From contig CM114271.1 in the NCBI GenBank assembly GCA_050084515.1, positions 9,920,001-9,984,000 of the forward strand: a stretch of DNA of 64,000 bases, in the 5' to 3' direction. The notes under the pieces were generated by a model. That model saw only the letters and a program-made list of their open reading frames with translations. It had not been told where the DNA came from and ran no database searches. Positions 1 through 12,300 of the stretch are shown here, piece by piece. The stretch comes from Blasia pusilla. Lineage: Eukaryota. Position numbers and translations under genes: made by a program. Positions within the stretch are counted from its first letter, which is position 1, and every line of letters begins with the position of its first letter.

Positions 1-1653
1 ATAATATATCACTCAAGTATTTTGAGACCCAGGATCGAGTGACACCGAAACAACTATGGTGGCATGATACCTTGGCGTTGATGGATGTAGAGTTGATCCA
101 CAAGCCAGGTAAAGATAATGTGATTCCGGATCGTTAAGTCGCAAGGAGGAACACATGCCATCGGCGACCACTGGTCTTGAGAGCAATGTTCCCTAAGGAA
201 ACAGATCTGGAGAGAAGGATTCGTGAAGGATATATGAAGGATGCTCAAGCAGGGAATACCGAGGAAGTTGAAGCAGGGTGAGAAGGTGGCCAACATAAGT
301 TTGAGGCACGGTTTACTAAGGTTCAAACACGTAGGATCTATGTAGGGCAAGGCAGAATCGAACCAAGGTGTTAGCGGAATGTCACGACGGGCCCTTGGCG
401 GGACATAAAGGAGAGAAATCTACGCTAGCTATTCTGTCGAAGCGGTTCTTTTGGCCCAACATGAAGGAGGATGTTGCTCAATATGTGAAGACCTGTGTGA
501 CTTGCCAAGCGAATAGAGTCTCTTATGATAAGAAACAGGGCTTGTTGCATCCCTTGCCGATCCCGAAGGACCCTTGCAAAGTGTGAGTATGGATTTCATC
601 ACGAGTCTTCCGAATCTGGGGATACAACGCTATACTTGTGATTGTTGATCGGTTTAGCAAGTTGGCAAGATTCGTGCCGACGGTGGATTCACTGAACGGC
701 GATCTGACGCGCAACTATTCCTCGATAGCTGGTGGCGTGCTCATGGTTTGCCGAGGAGCATTGTTTCAGATCGGGATCCAAAGTTTACCGATGCTCGAAG
801 CATTTGTTCGAAGGTTTAAGACCAAGCTGAGTTTTGACGGCTTTCCACCCACGCAGGCGGATGGACAGATCGAAAAGGTAAACTCGTCGTGAATCAGTAC
901 TTGAGGAATTATGTCACTGCTGATCAACGCGATTGGGTCAGGTGGTTGAGCATGGCGGAATATTGCTACAACTCGACCAAGCATTTTGCAACTGGAGAAT
1001 CTCCGTTTCTCTTGGCAAATGGACGAGAGCCAGAAGGGCCTCTTGATCTAGCCCTTTCAAAGGGTACTACATTGGCACGAACACGACAAGCGACGGCAGA
1101 AAGTTTGTTGGTAGAGATGCGACAACGAGAAGAGAGCGCGAGGCGAAGTCTTGCAAAGGCTCAAAGGAGGTACGTTAAGCATGCTAATAAGAGTCGGTGC
1201 CAAGTACGATTCCAAGTTGGAGAACAAGTGTGGTTGAGTGTGAAGAATCTCACTCTTCCGAAAGAGTTGTCTGCGAAGCAGTCTGCCAAGTATGCTGGAT
1301 CGTATGTGATTGTGGCAAACCCGTTTGAGGATGTGTATACGTTGAGGCTGACGGACGAGTTCAAGATTCACCCGACCTTTCATGTGTCATTGTTGAAGAA
1401 ATATCTTCAAGATAATGGACGTTTCGAGCGGAGACAGGTGGTGAGACCGCACCCGGTCATCGTAAATGAGGAGCCGGAGTTCGAGGTGGAGACCATCTTA
1501 CGTTCGAGGCGTCGGGCCAACAAGTATGAATACTTGGTCAAATGGAAGGGCTACCATGTGAAGGAGGCGACTTGGATTGCGGAGGCGGATTTGGAACACG
1601 CGCAAGAGTTGCTGCGTGACTTCAAGCGAACACAAGCGAAGCACATACGTTAG
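1..1653 (+). mobile_element. Ty3/Gypsy chromovirus, 3' part of pol (integrase zinc finger and core, GPY/F region, chromodomain); frameshifted, 5' end outside window
   Basis: ORF 368..586 has HDGPLAGHKG...CVTCQ (HHCC). ORF 638..892 has IVDRFSK and QADGQIEKVN. ORF 889..1653 ends in a chromodomain, EFEVETILRSRRRANKYEYLVKWKGYHVKEATW. Confidence 0.93.
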
Positions 1654-2342
1654 TACGAGGAGGAGCTAGAGACATGACTTGTAACCAGTGGATTCTTGGG
1701 CCGAAGGCCGTTGTAACTAGAATATGCTAGGGTTGCAATAAAGGAGTGTATGGATTTGGAGATTCGATACCAGTGTTGATTGCAATTTGTATGTGGTAGT
1801 GCATGGCTATGAGTCGTTCATCATAAGCTTAGAATGTACGACAAGAGGATAGACAAGGAGTATTTGAGGTGAGAGCTCGTATGTGGATAAGCACCTAGAA
1901 CAGGACCTTGTGTTGGATGACACTCGGGCTCGCCCTAGCGTCGGCGGGGCAGATGAAGTCTGTCTTGGGGCTTGGGGTGATCTTACTTGTGGCCACATAA
2001 GTAAACTTAGTGACGCGCCTAAGTCGAATCTGAGCGACCCAATAGTAGTACGATTTGTGGACCAGGTAAACAGGTGTGATGTTTACAGTAATGAGTCGAA
2101 AGAGTCTAAGGTTGCACACTTAGTTATCTTATTTGATAGGTTAGTTCCTTGGAACTAGTCTAGGCTTATTGAAGATGAGAGGCTAATAATTCTAAGTGGG
2201 GCAAAGCGACAACTAGAGACTAAGAGGAATTGCGGGTTAGCCACCAGAACGCAATTCAATGTCAAGGGGTAGGCTGCCCAGGAGACTTGACATAATAAAA
2301 GTTTGCGTTGATAAGGGCATCAACCTCTAAAAGAGGGGTGAG

Positions 2343-3340
2343 TGTCGCGACCCTCATGACCAAACAAGTGCCAAGCGGAACATCGGAACATTAGCGGGCT
2401 CACGTTAAGATGGTTTGCGCGTTGGAGTTGTCTCAAGGAGGAGACAAGAGACGAGACGCGAGCGAGAAGTCGCGTTTCAGATGTGATGGTCGCGACTCAG
2501 AAACCTGGACCAAACGCGGAATGAGACTTGAAAGAAGTCGAGTCTAGGAAGTGGGTTGCCAAAAGGAAGATCCGTATTAGGAACGCCACTAGCGTTTGAG
2601 AGTTTCCGACTGTATTTATGGCCATAACTTTTAGCTCCGAGATGCGTTTGGAGCAGATAAGGGTGCGTTGCAAAGCTTATAGAGAGCCGGTCCAAACGCA
2701 CTAAAGATCGCTGCAAATGCATAAGCAACGGCCGAGATACGACCCAAAAACGACTGTAAGTGGAGTCGGGTTGAGGGCCACAATGAAGGGCCCGACCCTC
2801 TTTTCCCAAAGGGGAGGGGTTATTGGAGAACCCAGAAGTACTAGTAAGGGGAAGGTCTCCGAGAGTGCTTGGAACCCAAACCCCACTTTGGGCGCCGGGG
2901 TGCTCAAGGGCATGGAACGGAACGCGAGTTTGGGCGTTGGGTTGGAAAACCTGCACCAAGTCCATTGAGGCGATTTTAGACATCCCTCTTGGATTTCACG
3001 CCGTGACTCAATTACTTGGGTCTCGGTTCGGAACTCACATGAGGACCGTTGAACAGTTGGGATCGCTAGGCGTGCAAGTGCCGTTTCAGATCCCTGGACT
3101 AACTAGGAAGTCTCTTCCAAGTCTTGAAGGACTTGCCATGTTTTGGAAGCTAGGAACTAAGGAAGGTTGAGCTTGATGAGACGCCGAGTCGAGGACTCGG
3201 TGGGTTGGAACGCCGGTTGGCCCAGACCCGACTAACGAGAGTGCGTGTTTGGGTGTAGATCGGCGATGAGTTCGTGACCTACTGAACGCACGCTTCCGCA
3301 ACACTAAAGATTGACGTTCAACGAGAGTAGGGGCGCGACA
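2343..3340 (+). repeat. 3' LTR of the chromovirus (~1 kb)
   Basis: Termini TGTCGCG...CGCGACA. Polypurine tract AAAAGAGGGGTGAG at 2329-2342. The same sequence recurs as solo LTRs at 31065 and 33377. Confidence 0.92.
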
Positions 3341-3404
3341 TCCTTGCCTTGTGAGTAACCCAAGCCTCTCATTAGGAGAGTGGGTTTGGTTTGACATGAG
3401 AGAG
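3341..3404 (+). repeat. Fragment of the 'A' terminal repeat of the DNMT-Gypsy family, target of the chromovirus insertion
   Basis: CCTTGCCTTGTGAGTAACCCAAGCCTCTCATTAGGAGAGTGGGTTTGGTTTGACATGAGAGAG matches about 21622-21688. Confidence 0.8.
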
Positions 3405-3789
3405 TAGGGTAGAGTAGAGTAGATTTCTAATCCACGGGAAGCCTATTTGGCTTATGAGATCCCTTCCGCATATGTGATATTAACATCGCATCCAACAGGC
3501 ACCTTCACCATCTAGATTTCTATTAAGGGTTCTCGTGGAGGAGATTTGGTTTTTTTCCTTTTTTGAAGGCCTGGAATTTATTTTTATCTTGATTTTGTTT
3601 TTATGTAGGAGCATAGTCAAGGCACACAAGGCGTTCTCTCTCTCGAACATGGACCATCCATGCCCTAGGTAGGGGACGCCATTGCCTTGGGGTTGAGATC
3701 GCCCCCCACTATCCAAGGGGAGAGTTGACCCCGAGACCTCTTTAAGTCGACCTTATGTCAGTTCAGCTAACCTCTTGGTCATCTACCGC

Positions 3790-3792
<3 letters not shown>

Positions 3793-3872
<80 letters not shown>
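3793..3872. repeat. (GA)40 microsatellite
   Basis: Read directly from the sequence. Confidence 0.98.
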
Positions 3873-3875
<3 letters not shown>

Positions 3876-4400
3876 GTGGTTTATATGACTAGCAATAGAA
3901 TGACTAAGTGTGGTAAATGAATGAATAAATGACTTAAATGGAAATATGCAATTTTTTATCACAATTTAGTCATATTGTTCTAACTTAGAGTGATACAAAG
4001 ATGATTGGATTATCGTCTTAGTAATAAACATATTTATCATTTAAAAATAAAAATAAGAATTATGTTAATACAATTTCACTTTAATATATTAATTGTAGGG
4101 AGTCAGATGTAGCTTTCTTGGCAGTCATATCATCCATGATTACTAACTAGTTGAGTCATTCTTGGCAATGCCATTGGTGACTTGGCATCTGAAGTGTCAT
4201 CGCGGCACTTCCAACGATGACTCACCACCATCAAAATACTAGAATGACTATAGAGGTCATGGAATTTTTTTTCCCTCTTGGAAAAGACTCTTCTCAAGTG
4301 CAGATAAAGACTCTTGCGAATCTTGGATAACAAAGTTCCAACGAAGACCTCAAAGAGACCTCAAGAAGGAGGCGGATCACCCTACTTTCAGAACTGAATT

Positions 4401-5522
4401 TGTCACGGCAAGTTACTCACTGTCTAATAGCTTTCCTACGCTCTTCCTGATTATTTTCCGAAATTGTGAAATCAAAAGACTCAACTCTCATCCATATTGT
4501 AACCCAATAAGGTTTACATTCAACTCCGCAAATCAGAAAGCATGAGAGAAGACACTTCTATTGCATCAAAAAGTGGATAGAACTAGAAAGTATTACAAGC
4601 TTGCGAGGGTACAAGAGTCTTCGGCTTGGATCATCCCCTAAAGACCTCCTCACATAATCCACCAAAAGTATTGGAAAAATGAAGATACAAGGGAATGACC
4701 CCTTGATCTTCTGCTCTATTCTTTAAATAGTCTCTTACAATTCCTGATTTATCTTCCTATTCTACTCTAGATTTCTCACTGTTAATCCCTCGGTTCAGGT
4801 CCTGCAACCCTTCACCTCCCCCTAAAGCCGGTTGGTATCTCTTCTTCTTCCACCGGAACCGCTGCGCCTATTCATTTCTAACTGCTGAAACTGCTACGAC
4901 GGTTGATTCTTCACAGTCTTCACAGTCTTATCTTCGCGATCCTATCTTCGTGACGATTCTTATCCTAATGACACTGCAAAGAGTCCTCCACGTGACTTTC
5001 TTTCAATCCACTTTCTTCAAAACATTATTTCTCTTTCTATTCCCATTCTTCATACATCTTTCCGCTTTGTGAAGACTCTTTGATTTCCTCTTCTTCTTTG
5101 TCTTCCTTCTTTGCTTTCTTAGTCTTTGTTCTTCGTCTGTGTTCTTTGCTCACAGTCTTCGCACAAAGACTCCTTTGGATCTTCTACTGCAAAGAAGAAG
5201 TCTTTTACAGGTCTTTGTTGACAGTCTTCACCAATATTCATACTTCGGTCTTCCCTGAGAAGTACCCACGTCTCTTACTCTTACTTCTTTCCCACTCTTT
5301 TCCTACTCTTACACAAGTCTTACTCCAAGAAAGTCCTCAATTTCTTACTATCTCCTGTCCTTTCATTAGAGTTCTATCATTCCATGTTCTCACACTATTT
5401 CTATGAAGTATACGTCTTTATTTCTAGTCTTGAGTCTTTAGTCTTCCCTCAATGAAGACTTTACTCCAATTCTGTACAAAAAAAAGATTTTTTATCAAAA
5501 TTTCAAAAACGTGGGCACTACA
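4401..5522 (-). repeat. Possible LTR remnant of another retroelement
   Basis: On the minus strand it reads TGTAGTGCCCACG...CCGTGACA with a TCTT/GAAGAC-rich interior. No TSD or PBS found. Confidence 0.3.
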
Positions 5523-5849
5523 CTTGGTTAGGGACTCATGCGAGGTCAATTGGATAGTTGGGAGCGCTATGTGTGCTAGCATCGTTTTAAGTGTCTGGAG
5601 CATTTAGAAAGTGCGTCCTAAATCTAGGAAAACTTGCCCATATTTGGAAGTGAGGAATCAGAAGGGCTAAGCTTGATGAATGGACCGAGTTGAGAACTCG
5701 GGGAGTTGGAATGCTGATTGACCCAGATCAAACTAACTTGAATGTTTGGGTACAGATCGATAGTGTGAATGTATCCTACTGAACGTATGCTTCCGTAACA
5801 CCTGAGATTGATATTCAAGAAGAATATACACATGATACATTGTCACAAG

Positions 5850-6116
5850 ACGTGTTCAGTGGGAATGGAATACGGAAAATGTATTAGGTTAAGAACATCA
5901 TAAATTCCAACCTTTGTGGATACATGTTCTACCGATGACTTGATTTCCCACAGTGTAGTCTTTATCCAAAAACAGACAAGTGGAAAAAGATATTTTTCTT
6001 GCAAGCATATGGATTATATTTTGCTCGTACTTTTAAGAGAATCAAACCCTATAAGTAGGAGTCCACCCACCAATTTTCTCCATGAAAAAAATGCGTAGTA
6101 TCCTAAGCAAACCATT
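5850..6116 (+). pseudogene. Decayed SWIM-finger fragment of the Mutator-like transposase family
   Basis: QKQTSGKRYFSCKHMDYILLVLLRES resembles QRETSGKRYFPCKHMYYVLLVVLRES in ORF 50644..50988 and at about 46540-46620. Confidence 0.75.
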
Positions 6117-9100
6117 CGGAGAATGCAACATCAAATACAAAAATGTAATTTGAAAATGCCAAACTGATCACTTTGATTTTGACCTTTCTTCAATATTCTT
6201 TGGACACTCTTTTCAAGACCTTGAAAAAATGAATTGTTCCACATTTGTACTTCCAATGAAAATTTTAATTTTATAATTATGTATTGAGTGCTAATTGGAT
6301 ACAAGACTATTTTATGGTGCAACCTTTTAGATTCATAAAGGGTAGCAAATACCAAAACCAATACCCAAAAAAAGTACATGAAGGAAGTAATTGGGAAAAG
6401 AGACAAATGTAAAATGTGAAAAAATTCTTCCCTCATGAACCTTGGATGATTTTTTCAAATCACATAAATTACTTCCTTTCAAGGGATATTTTGAATCGAT
6501 GATTGTTCCCTCTTCTTTCTCCTATCGCACCTCCCGATATGTATTATTAAAGTATTAATTATGAAAAGAGGATGGGATTAGAAAAACACTTGACATGTAA
6601 TATTTTTCGGGTGACTTAACAAGTGGTTGTGCAAAAATTTCCTTTCCTCCTTGGGGTCTGTGCCAATCTTCTCCTAGAATAGGCATCGGTTAACATGATA
6701 CAATAAGTGCATAAACTAGTGCGCCCAAACGCCCCTCATGCTCTAAGTAGCAAGAAACGGATTGCAACAAGATTATCCATGGTCTCCACAGATTCCTAAC
6801 AAATCTTTTGTTCCATTGCATCCAAACTGAGGAAAAGAGGACATCCAAAAATTTCTATGTAGGCACATAGCAGATTGAAATAAGATCATCCGACATACAT
6901 TCTATTGAAATAATATCATCCGACTTATGCAACTTACCTATTAGAAGGGCCCCTGTTCGTTCTACCCTTGCTTCCTTCCTACTACATGTAGCACAGTAAA
7001 GAGAAATTATTTGTGTTTGTAGCACAAAAGTAGAGTGTCAATGTATGCAAATATATGCAACCTCAAACGTAATGGTCATCGAGATTCGGAAAAAATTTCC
7101 AAGTACATCGAATTGGAGGAGCAGGGCGTGTTTCGGAATTGCACAACATGTTTCTTTCAATCTGCACTTAACACCATTAGATACACACGTTCTTCACTAA
7201 GCACAAAGGATTTCTTCACAAGTTAATTCAAAACCACTTTTAAGAACTTAGGTGTAAATGGTCACCAACCAAATGATTGGGAAAGAATTCTGAACTCAAC
7301 AGAACAGGAATAGATCCTATTCTTGATGAGTGTGTAGCGTGTCGGGTAACAATCTACATAAGAGTTGAATGTTAGTTACCACTAGGACGTGTGGCTAGGG
7401 TTCAACTCTCTTTCCTTTAAGGCTAGACAATTTTTGGAGTTTCCAAACAAACTGAGAGCCAGTACATACTCTCTCCAGCACAAATGAGTAGAAATTGTTC
7501 ACACTGGTATCCGCTTTCACAATAAAAGCTGGAGAAGTATATCTTCACGACCATATGGTGTTCACGCACTTACTTTATAGACTTTCTGTTCGAAACCGTC
7601 ATGTTGCTCCAATTTGCCACCATTCAGGCCTTGAGGCACCTCCTCTACGTCTGTGTGCTCTAGTGAAACCTGTCAAAGCAAAAAGAAATTACTGAAATTG
7701 AGGGTCTACACACTTGTCATTGAATAACAAGGCCATGTGCTCTGTCAGTATGACGGCAAGTAACTCTAAAATACCCCATCAGTATTTGGGAACATTTTGG
7801 GCTTACGCAAAGATGATCAAGAAAGTATGATCCCCAGAGTGAGACTCTCCTGAGTAGAGTGAACATCAAATAGGTCCACCGCCTTATGCAAGGAAAGAAT
7901 ATTTAAGTCTGGCCCTCTTCAGGGATATCCAACGAACCAAATTCCAAAACAAAAGGGAAATGTGGGCTGTCATCATTTGAGCACCCACCCCCAAATATGT
8001 ATGCTTAAATTAAAAAACGTGAATTGTAATTGTAATCACTACCTGAGCATGTACCTCCATAGGAATTCAACAAAAGTATGGAGAGGTAAGTTTCATGTAA
8101 GTAGGTAAGCTTTGTGGTTCATGTTCCAACCCACTTCTAATGTCATCAAGTTATGAAAACTAGTCTATAAAGAGTGGCATATCCAGCAATATATCTATAC
8201 GACTCAATTAATCTTCAATACTTATCATTTCTCTTTTCATTCATGATCTTATTACTGCCCGATTCTAGATGAAGGAAAGACAACCTACCGATTGAGCGAT
8301 TGCACATGTCTTCATTAACAATGCCAGTAGGACTGGAGAGCCTAGCACCTTTTTCTCCTGACCAACTTGAGTTAGTGCTAAGGAGAGGAACAGCCACAGC
8401 TACACTCTGCATCTCTTGAATTGACCACCTGCCACAATTTAGACATATTTTCAAAGACTGAGACGCGGATGGCTTCACTAACTTTGCTATTATTTTGATC
8501 ACATGACATTCAGATCCTATTCGGAAATGGTTTCTTCAAATATATACTTTCTTCTCTAACTGGCAAACATTAGAATTCTGACATCTAATTTCCTGATGAC
8601 AACCAACCTTGATATTTGACGACAGCCAAATGTGCATAGAGCTTTCTTGAGGTAATCTCCTCAAAGTGAACTTAATACCTTCCACCATCTATGTGGTTTA
8701 TCCCAACTCACCATCCTAGATTACTACTGTTAGAAAAGGGAATCCTGGTCACTTATGGCTGATTTTTGAAAATCAAAGATCAAGCCCTGGCAGATTGACA
8801 TGAAAGCCAAATGTTGTCTGAGCTCTAAAAGCTGGGCCTATTGGTCCCACTGGACAAGCCTTCAGGACCACGTCAACACCTTGGTGAGGGCATTCACATA
8901 TATGTTATACAAAATTTTGTAGAATTCCCAGGACCAGTAAAGGTTTCATGAAGAATGAGCATCAGTTCATCTTGGTGGTTGCCCTGTCCATACACCAGAA
9001 GAATACAGTCTCATGTTAGGCCTGAACATAACAAACTGATGGTGAGACCTGACAATGCTCCTTGCCTTTTATGAAGAGTAACTATCAAACATGGGCTCAA

Positions 9101-9398
9101 CATCATTTTTTATCGATGGCAATAGGTGCAGCTTTAGAAATGAGAGGTGGCCAAGTGTATAGCTCCTATGTGACACCTAAAACGGCCCCACCTGGAGGTT
9201 TACTCGTCAAAACTGTTCACATAAGATTAATGCAAATGAAGCTGAAGAGAACCATCACTCAAACATGTGAATTTTCATGGCAGGTTGAGTCAACTGATGA
9301 CGAAAAGAAAGTAGATGTTTTAACAGACCTTTCAGTCACACAGATTGTTGTCAGAAATTTCATTGAATAGAAGACAATGTGACCTCACAAGTAGAACT

Positions 9399-12300
9399 TT
9401 AGTTCATAAACCCCCGGCATCTGTCACACATACAGAAAGCTCATTTGGTAGACCACAATTTGAATGACTTCTGAAAACCTTAATAATAACCATCTACAAT
9501 AAACTATCAACAGTAGTAAACAATCAAAGAATGCTACTGCAGTAGAATACTTGACACAGCTTTGCATTGACCATGAGGGGTATTCTCTTCTCTTCAAGCA
9601 GGTAGGACATTCCTAAGAAAAATTGGAAGTGATGGTACATTTAATCTTGGGCATTCATCAAATACAAAGAAAACAGAATTCTTGAAGTACGTCCAACCTT
9701 GAAGATCCACAGCAGCAGGGTATTTTCTTCTCCTCAAGAGGGAACTTATAATCATATGTAAGCTCTTCTCCGGCATGTATGTGACGCTTTGAATATATCA
9801 CCACCTTCTTCTGTCCTTCGATTGTAATGATTTTTGTATAACAATTTGGCTGCATGACAGCAAACATGACAACCAACTCAATGAGGTATATCCAGAATGA
9901 ATAAAGTTTCTTGCTTGAACACCTGACATGTATTCAAGGAATAGGTACCGAATCTTTACATCACAAGAGTGGTTGATAAATCTTGCAAGCCCACCACGTC
10001 TGGTAGCATCAACCTGCAGCAGAAATACTATCAACACTCCATCAAACTCTCAAAGGAAACTGATATTCAATTGATAATGGAACAGTTAAAATTGACAAAA
10101 ACAAAAATTGACATACTTGGTCGTATTCACCCTACATTCTAGACGTCCACCCTTGCACCAAATGACATCTTTGACAAGAACAAATTAGTTCAGACTATCC
10201 CATAAAGAAGTTAGTTACATACCACATATTCATCATCAATACGAAAGAGATAACTGCTCCCTATGCCCATTGACTCATATTGCTGCTCCCGAATATCAGA
10301 TATCTGTGCCACTTACAAACATTCAGTCTTCACATCTAAGAAAACACCCAAATCCCTAATGCCAAAAGAGACCAATAGAAGGATGCTACTTTCTCCATGG
10401 TCGCTCACAAAAGTAGCTCCATATGTGCCTTGTCTTGAAATCTGATTGCCTAAAATTTCTACTATAGCTCTAGTTAGCCCCCAGAATATGAATTGTCTGC
10501 TTGGATCCAAAACAAGATGTTTAAACTGAGGTAAGATACACTACATGGAAAGAGCAAGCATTTACAGTAAGGCAGTTCGGTAAAAACCTTCGGTCGTATA
10601 AGCTCGCCCACATATTCTATGATGAAGTCATCAGCATCAATAGGGTCCAGTGCAATCAAACCCCATTCGTGAATTTTACTACGTCCAAATTTCAATCTCT
10701 TCTTTCTAGCCTGCAAAAAATTGTGTGAGCCACAACATCACCACAGATAATTCTTTCAAAACGAGAGCTGATTTGAAACCAATGGGAGTCTCTAGACACG
10801 GTTATTATTCTAGGGAAGAAGATACAGTTAGAACTACAATGAGACCTAATAAGTGCTGCAACCAGTATATCCATCTCATGGGCAAAGACCTAATTTAGTA
10901 GGGAATGTACAGGACCTCTTCAGGAACTTCTTCAGTGTGGATAGTGAAAGCTAGATTAATGACACTGAGCATTAGGACCCATCAGCAGGATTGCTACGAC
11001 CAAAATCTCTTAGGTCAACTTTCGAAATCTAATTCATTTAGCAGACACCAATCAAAACCCTAATCACGCAATTACAGTCTTATCATGAATCTTATTAAAA
11101 TCTTAGTAAGAACTGACCTTGAGTTGACTTAGTTTCAGAACATCAGAACCCTCCACAGCAGCCGCAAGCTTTCGGAGTGCTACTCGATTAGTTCGCGCTG
11201 AATGAGGACTACAGAACGGTAACTTAGCTATAGTGCGCCTTTCTGAAGTTTGCCTTTGGGACCCAACAACTGCTCGGGATCGACCCACCATACGCTGTCC
11301 ACTAACTCCGGGAACTGTCTCAGTAGTTTGTTTCTGGGATCGTGCAGCTGCTCGTACTCGGATGCCATCCTCAAGACGTACTTTCCGCATCCAGTTTCGC
11401 CAAGCCCACCCCTCAGTGGAACATCTTGCACATCCTTTAAACACAGGAGAAATAAAAGTCTGCTGATCATTGGGGATGCTAGAGGGACAGTCTTTCAAAT
11501 CAGCAAGGGAGGAGTTATTTGACTGAGGATATGTAGAAAGATTGACAACGGCTTCCATCAACTGAGGACAATCAATTACTTCTTGATTACTCTGCAAAAG
11601 AGCAATTCTGTCCTTCAACTCAGGATAGCCAAAAACCTGCTGTTTAATTGTCAGGCTGGGAACACTGTCTTGTGAACTCATTTCAGACCATGCTTGCTCA
11701 AGCCCTGCAGTTTCAGGTAGAGAGATTGATGGGTCTTCTGATGAACCAGTTCCTACAAACTGTCGATGGAATCTACCCCGAGAATTCAGCTTATTGCTTC
11801 GATGGTCAGGAAAGACCCTAGGAAGTACTGGATCAAAAACTCCACTAAGTGGTCCTCCTTTAGATGCCTGAAGAGTCTGATCAACTTCAGAACCTGTAAT
11901 GTACGTGACAGAGCAAATTCAGAGTAGTCATGAACAATGTTTGAGCGATAGCACTAACTGAGCCACTCCAGACAGAACATGACTCTTAGGTCTTCTCCAT
12001 GATGCATTCAGTATTAAATAAAGATCTGCTTTTGAGGATCAGAAGCTCCTGAAGAGTTAATCCTCTCACTCCCATTTGTGATCACCAACTCTCTTAAAAG
12101 AAAATTATTCATTGCAAGTAAAACTTGGAAACTGTCAGCATTAAAGTGTTTCAATACCTTTCCTTCTCTTGAAAACTGTGATATGACCATCTGCAGTCTT
12201 CTTATTAGATACTTTAGCAGTTTCAGATATCGATATTCCAGTTTTTGTGGAGGAAGTCCCTGAATTCTTTCCATTCGGTATCTCTAGACTGGCTCTGAAA

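Noticed and set aside
2477-3397. Short ORFs recurring at about 2.5-3.4, 31-32 and 33.4-34.4 kb as a gene family
   Set aside because: They lie within copies of the same LTR, are not frame-conserved and show no domains.
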